Notes under the pieces: generated by a model
The model's database searches: none
Seen by the model: only the letters and a program-made list of their open reading frames with translations
Told to the model about the DNA's origin: nothing
From: Felis catus
Lineage: Eukaryota
DNA length: 64,000 nt
Direction of reading: 5' to 3'
Assembly: GCF_018350175.1 (NCBI RefSeq)
Contig: NC_058368.1
Location: forward strand, 234,920,001 to 234,984,000
Program-made: the position numbers and the translations under genes
Shown: positions 61,101-64,000 of the stretch, piece by piece
How positions within the stretch are numbered: position 1 is the stretch's first letter
How the letters are laid out: each line of letters starts with the position of its first letter

Positions 61101-62562
61101 GGGAAGCGAAATAAAACAAGGTGTGACTGTAGTTAAAAGTTGAAACCCACTCAAGTGTTCCAAAGTAGAGGGTTGGCAACATCCAGCATCCCCCACGAAT
61201 ATGACAGATTCAGTAGTTTCAAAATCATACTGCAGAAAAATGAAGGAACGACATTAAGTGAATAAAGAAAATTATTAAATGGACATATAATTACAAATTT
61301 ATGTGAAAAAAAACCACTCAGAGAATACTGAAGGGAACTCTACCTACCTTGACAATGATAGGTATTGCTGAAGGTATTTTTTTCTTTAACATTTGATATT
61401 TTTAAAAATACTTACTTTTCAGATTTCTAAACTAACATTTATTATTTAGGTAACTGGAGGATAAACTCTTACTAAAAAAGGAATGGAGAGAGAGAGATGA
61501 CATTTCTTGAATAAATCCATGTAAGATGACTCAATAATTTTTCCAACCTCCAGTGCCTCATCATTTTATAGACACATGATGTTACAACGATGCCAACAGT
61601 TATGCTGCAAATCTTATTCCGGGGAAATTTAATGGCAAGGGATGGAAAGAGGGGACAAGGGTCAGAGGTAGACCAGTAAGCACATAGTGTTGCCATGTGA
61701 TGATATGGTTATGACATATATTGAAGCTTCGACAGGATTCTAGCTATGTTCCTTGGAGAAACGTTACAAATAATTAAGGGGAAAGAGCTGTAAAAGGTGA
61801 CCGTGAATTGAGAAGTTAAGCATGCATAATCAAAAGATGGGTAGAAACCATTCAAGGAACAGAAGAGAGGTCACCCAAATGACATGGCCCCTTATTCTGA
61901 ATGTCATGACCCTGAATCGTGGCACCTCGACTTGCCTTTCTGCTGACTTGTAGCATCTAAATTTATCGCTGTTTGGACTCTTCTAAATAACTACCAGCCA
62001 ATCTCCCGCCTCGCAGGGGGTGTGTGGGGACCCTTGAGGTAACATGTCTGAGGAGCTTAATTTTCTGGGGATGAAAGGATTCATATGAACATGAGATATT
62101 ATCAAAGCTAAACATATTTTAAAGCCCCGGGACTCCCATTGAGTTCTTTCTCGGAGGCCTGCTGAATAGTTTAAATGGCTCCAACGTGACTTTGAAGTTT
62201 TATTAAAGATGACTGCAAGATCAAACGTGTAAAAGCCTAATGCATAGAGACAGCAGATCAGAGGGCAGGCTTGGCCAAGCCACACTGATGTGACATTGTT
62301 TTGATTCCTACAGATGCTTTTATAAACTTTTCTTGTAACTTTAAAAATTGAGATAACTGCCAAGATAGAAGAATAAAATATCATACACCTACCGTCTATT
62401 CTTGATAGCTGACATTTGTATATGCTTTGATTACACTCTATTTAAAGATCTCAAATATTAAAGATACAGCTAAAGTCACAGCTAGTCCCCACCATGAGGA
62501 GTCCTGTGTACTCCAACTTCTGCTAAGGGTCCAGCGTCATTAGATGGAAAAAAGTGTGGCTC

Positions 62563-62698
62563 CTGGGTGGCCCAGTCGGTTGGGCATCTGACGTCAGCTC
62601 AGGTCACTGAGCCCCGCGTCAGGCTCTGTGCTGACGGCTCAGATCCTGGACCCTGCTTCGGATTCTGTGTCTCCCTCTCTCTCTCTGCCCCTCCCCCA

Positions 62699-62741
<43 letters not shown>

Positions 62742-62783
62742 CCCCTCCCCTCTCTTTCTAAAATAAATAAACATTTTTAAAAA
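62563..62783 (+). mobile_element. Can-SINE with internal deletion
   Basis: caggtcactgagccccgcgtc lacks about 20 nt present in other copies (gatctc..gttc). Confidence 0.9.
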
Positions 62784-62854
62784 GTATGCTAGTCTGGTTT
62801 TTATATTCACAGTTAATATATTGCATTCCCCAAATTACATACTATTTTGTGTTT

Positions 62855-62993
62855 ACTATTTTTTTGTTTCAAATTTTTACATAAATTCTAATTAATTGAC
62901 ACACAGTGCAATATCAATTTCAGGAGTAGAATTTAGTGATTCATCACTTACGTACAACACCCGGTGCTCATCATAACAAGTACCCTCCTTAAT
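62855..62993 (-). mobile_element. Carnivore L1 3' fragment
   Basis: tttcaggagtagaatttagtgattcatcacttacgtacaacacccggtgctcatcataacaagtaccctccttaat. Confidence 0.85.
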
Positions 62994-62999
62994 ATTAAC

Positions 63000-64000
63000 T
63001 TGTGAGGACATGATACTATGCTTGATGTCCATTTGGTTTTTTTATTCTACATTTTGTTTCTGAGACATGTCTGTACTGACATGGAAAGATCAATGTGATG
63101 TTTGAGTCCATGCATTACAACTGGTACCATGTTATTTATTCTGTATCCAGTTGATAGACATTTGGTTTGTCCCCAAACTTTGAGTCTTGTTTTTTTTTTT
63201 AAGTTTATTTATTTTTGAGAGACAGAGAGAGCAAGCATGAGGGGGGGAAGCTCAAAGAGAGAGGGAGACCCAGAATCCCAAGCAGGTTCCAGGCTCCGAG
63301 CTGTCAGCACAGAGCCGACGCGGGGCTCGAACCCGCAGACTGCGAGATCATGCCCTGGGCTGAAGTCCAGCGCCCAACCAATGAGCCACCCAGGCGCCCT
63401 CCCCAAACTTTGAGTCTTACCACTGGCGCTCAGTGAACCATCTTGTGGGCACCTCCGGTGGGTGTGCATGGGAATTCATCTAGGTTACACATCCAGAGGT
63501 GGGCTTGGTTGCCTGCAGGGCGTGCACACTGCTTAGTTTTCAGGACGCTCACACACAACGCCTGTGATCGCTGAGCTAGTTGGACACCCTGCGGGCAGAG
63601 CAGAAAAAGCCCTTTCCCATGTTTTCCGGCCAACACCTTACTCCACTCCTTGCCCATCCCTCTTTCATAAAAAAGAAAAAGCACTTCCTTGCTGTTTTCA
63701 TGTGCATTTCCCTGGCTATTCCTGAAGGTGAGCATCTTTTCACAAATAGGGTATATAGTCACATTTCTTCCATGAGTTATCTCTTCATTTCCTTTTCGTA
63801 TGGGTTTCTAAGAGTTCCTTTCTTATGCATACTTCTTCTCTTCCCTGCTACCTACGTTGGAATTATTCTCTCCTCGACTGTTCCTTGTGTTTTAAACATT
63901 TACAGTGTCTTTTAAGATACCAGACTCTTACATCTTGAAAGAATCAAATTTACTTACGTTTTTTATTGGCCGGGCTTGTTCTTGTGTTGTTTGAATAATT
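63000..64000 (-). mobile_element. Ancient L1 (L1ME-like) 3' region
   Basis: ccagttgatagacatttggtttgt..gaaccatcttgtggg..tgcatttccctggctattcctgaaggtgagcatcttttcac. Confidence 0.65.
63189..63399 (-). mobile_element. Can-SINE
   Basis: Perfect 19-bp TSD tccccaaactttgagtctt (63170-63188 / 63400-63418). Confidence 0.95.

Noticed and set aside
1..64000. The short ORFs in the six-frame track as protein-coding genes
   Set aside because: None resembles a cellular protein family I recognise, many start at non-ATG codons, they overlap on both strands, and no consistent coding exon chain emerges.

Overview
Felid (cat-like) genomic DNA, judged from the SINEC_Fc-type Can-SINEs and carnivore/feline L1 3' ends. 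I find no credible protein-coding gene, RNA gene or prokaryotic system, so the window reads as intergenic or deep intronic. The ORF track is explained by SINE/L1 sequence and chance. About 32 Can-SINE copies or fragments, young and old L1 fragments, a HAL1-like remnant, L2/MIR relics and MaLR/ERVL/ERV1 solo LTRs are present; family names come from remembered consensus sequences and need a RepeatMasker/Dfam run. The most interesting signals are small structural-mutation scars read directly from the sequence: (1) a micro-inversion between two head-to-head SINEs at ~50.3-50.8 kb, shown by crossed, reverse-complemented TSDs and a shared 21-bp non-consensus tract; (2) a 68-bp segment copied 1.29 kb away and bracketed by hairpins; (3) three head-to-head SINE pairs that each used one T-run/A-run target on both strands; (4) a palindrome/duplication mosaic at 57.6 kb. 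I do not see evidence for a novel multi-gene biological system.
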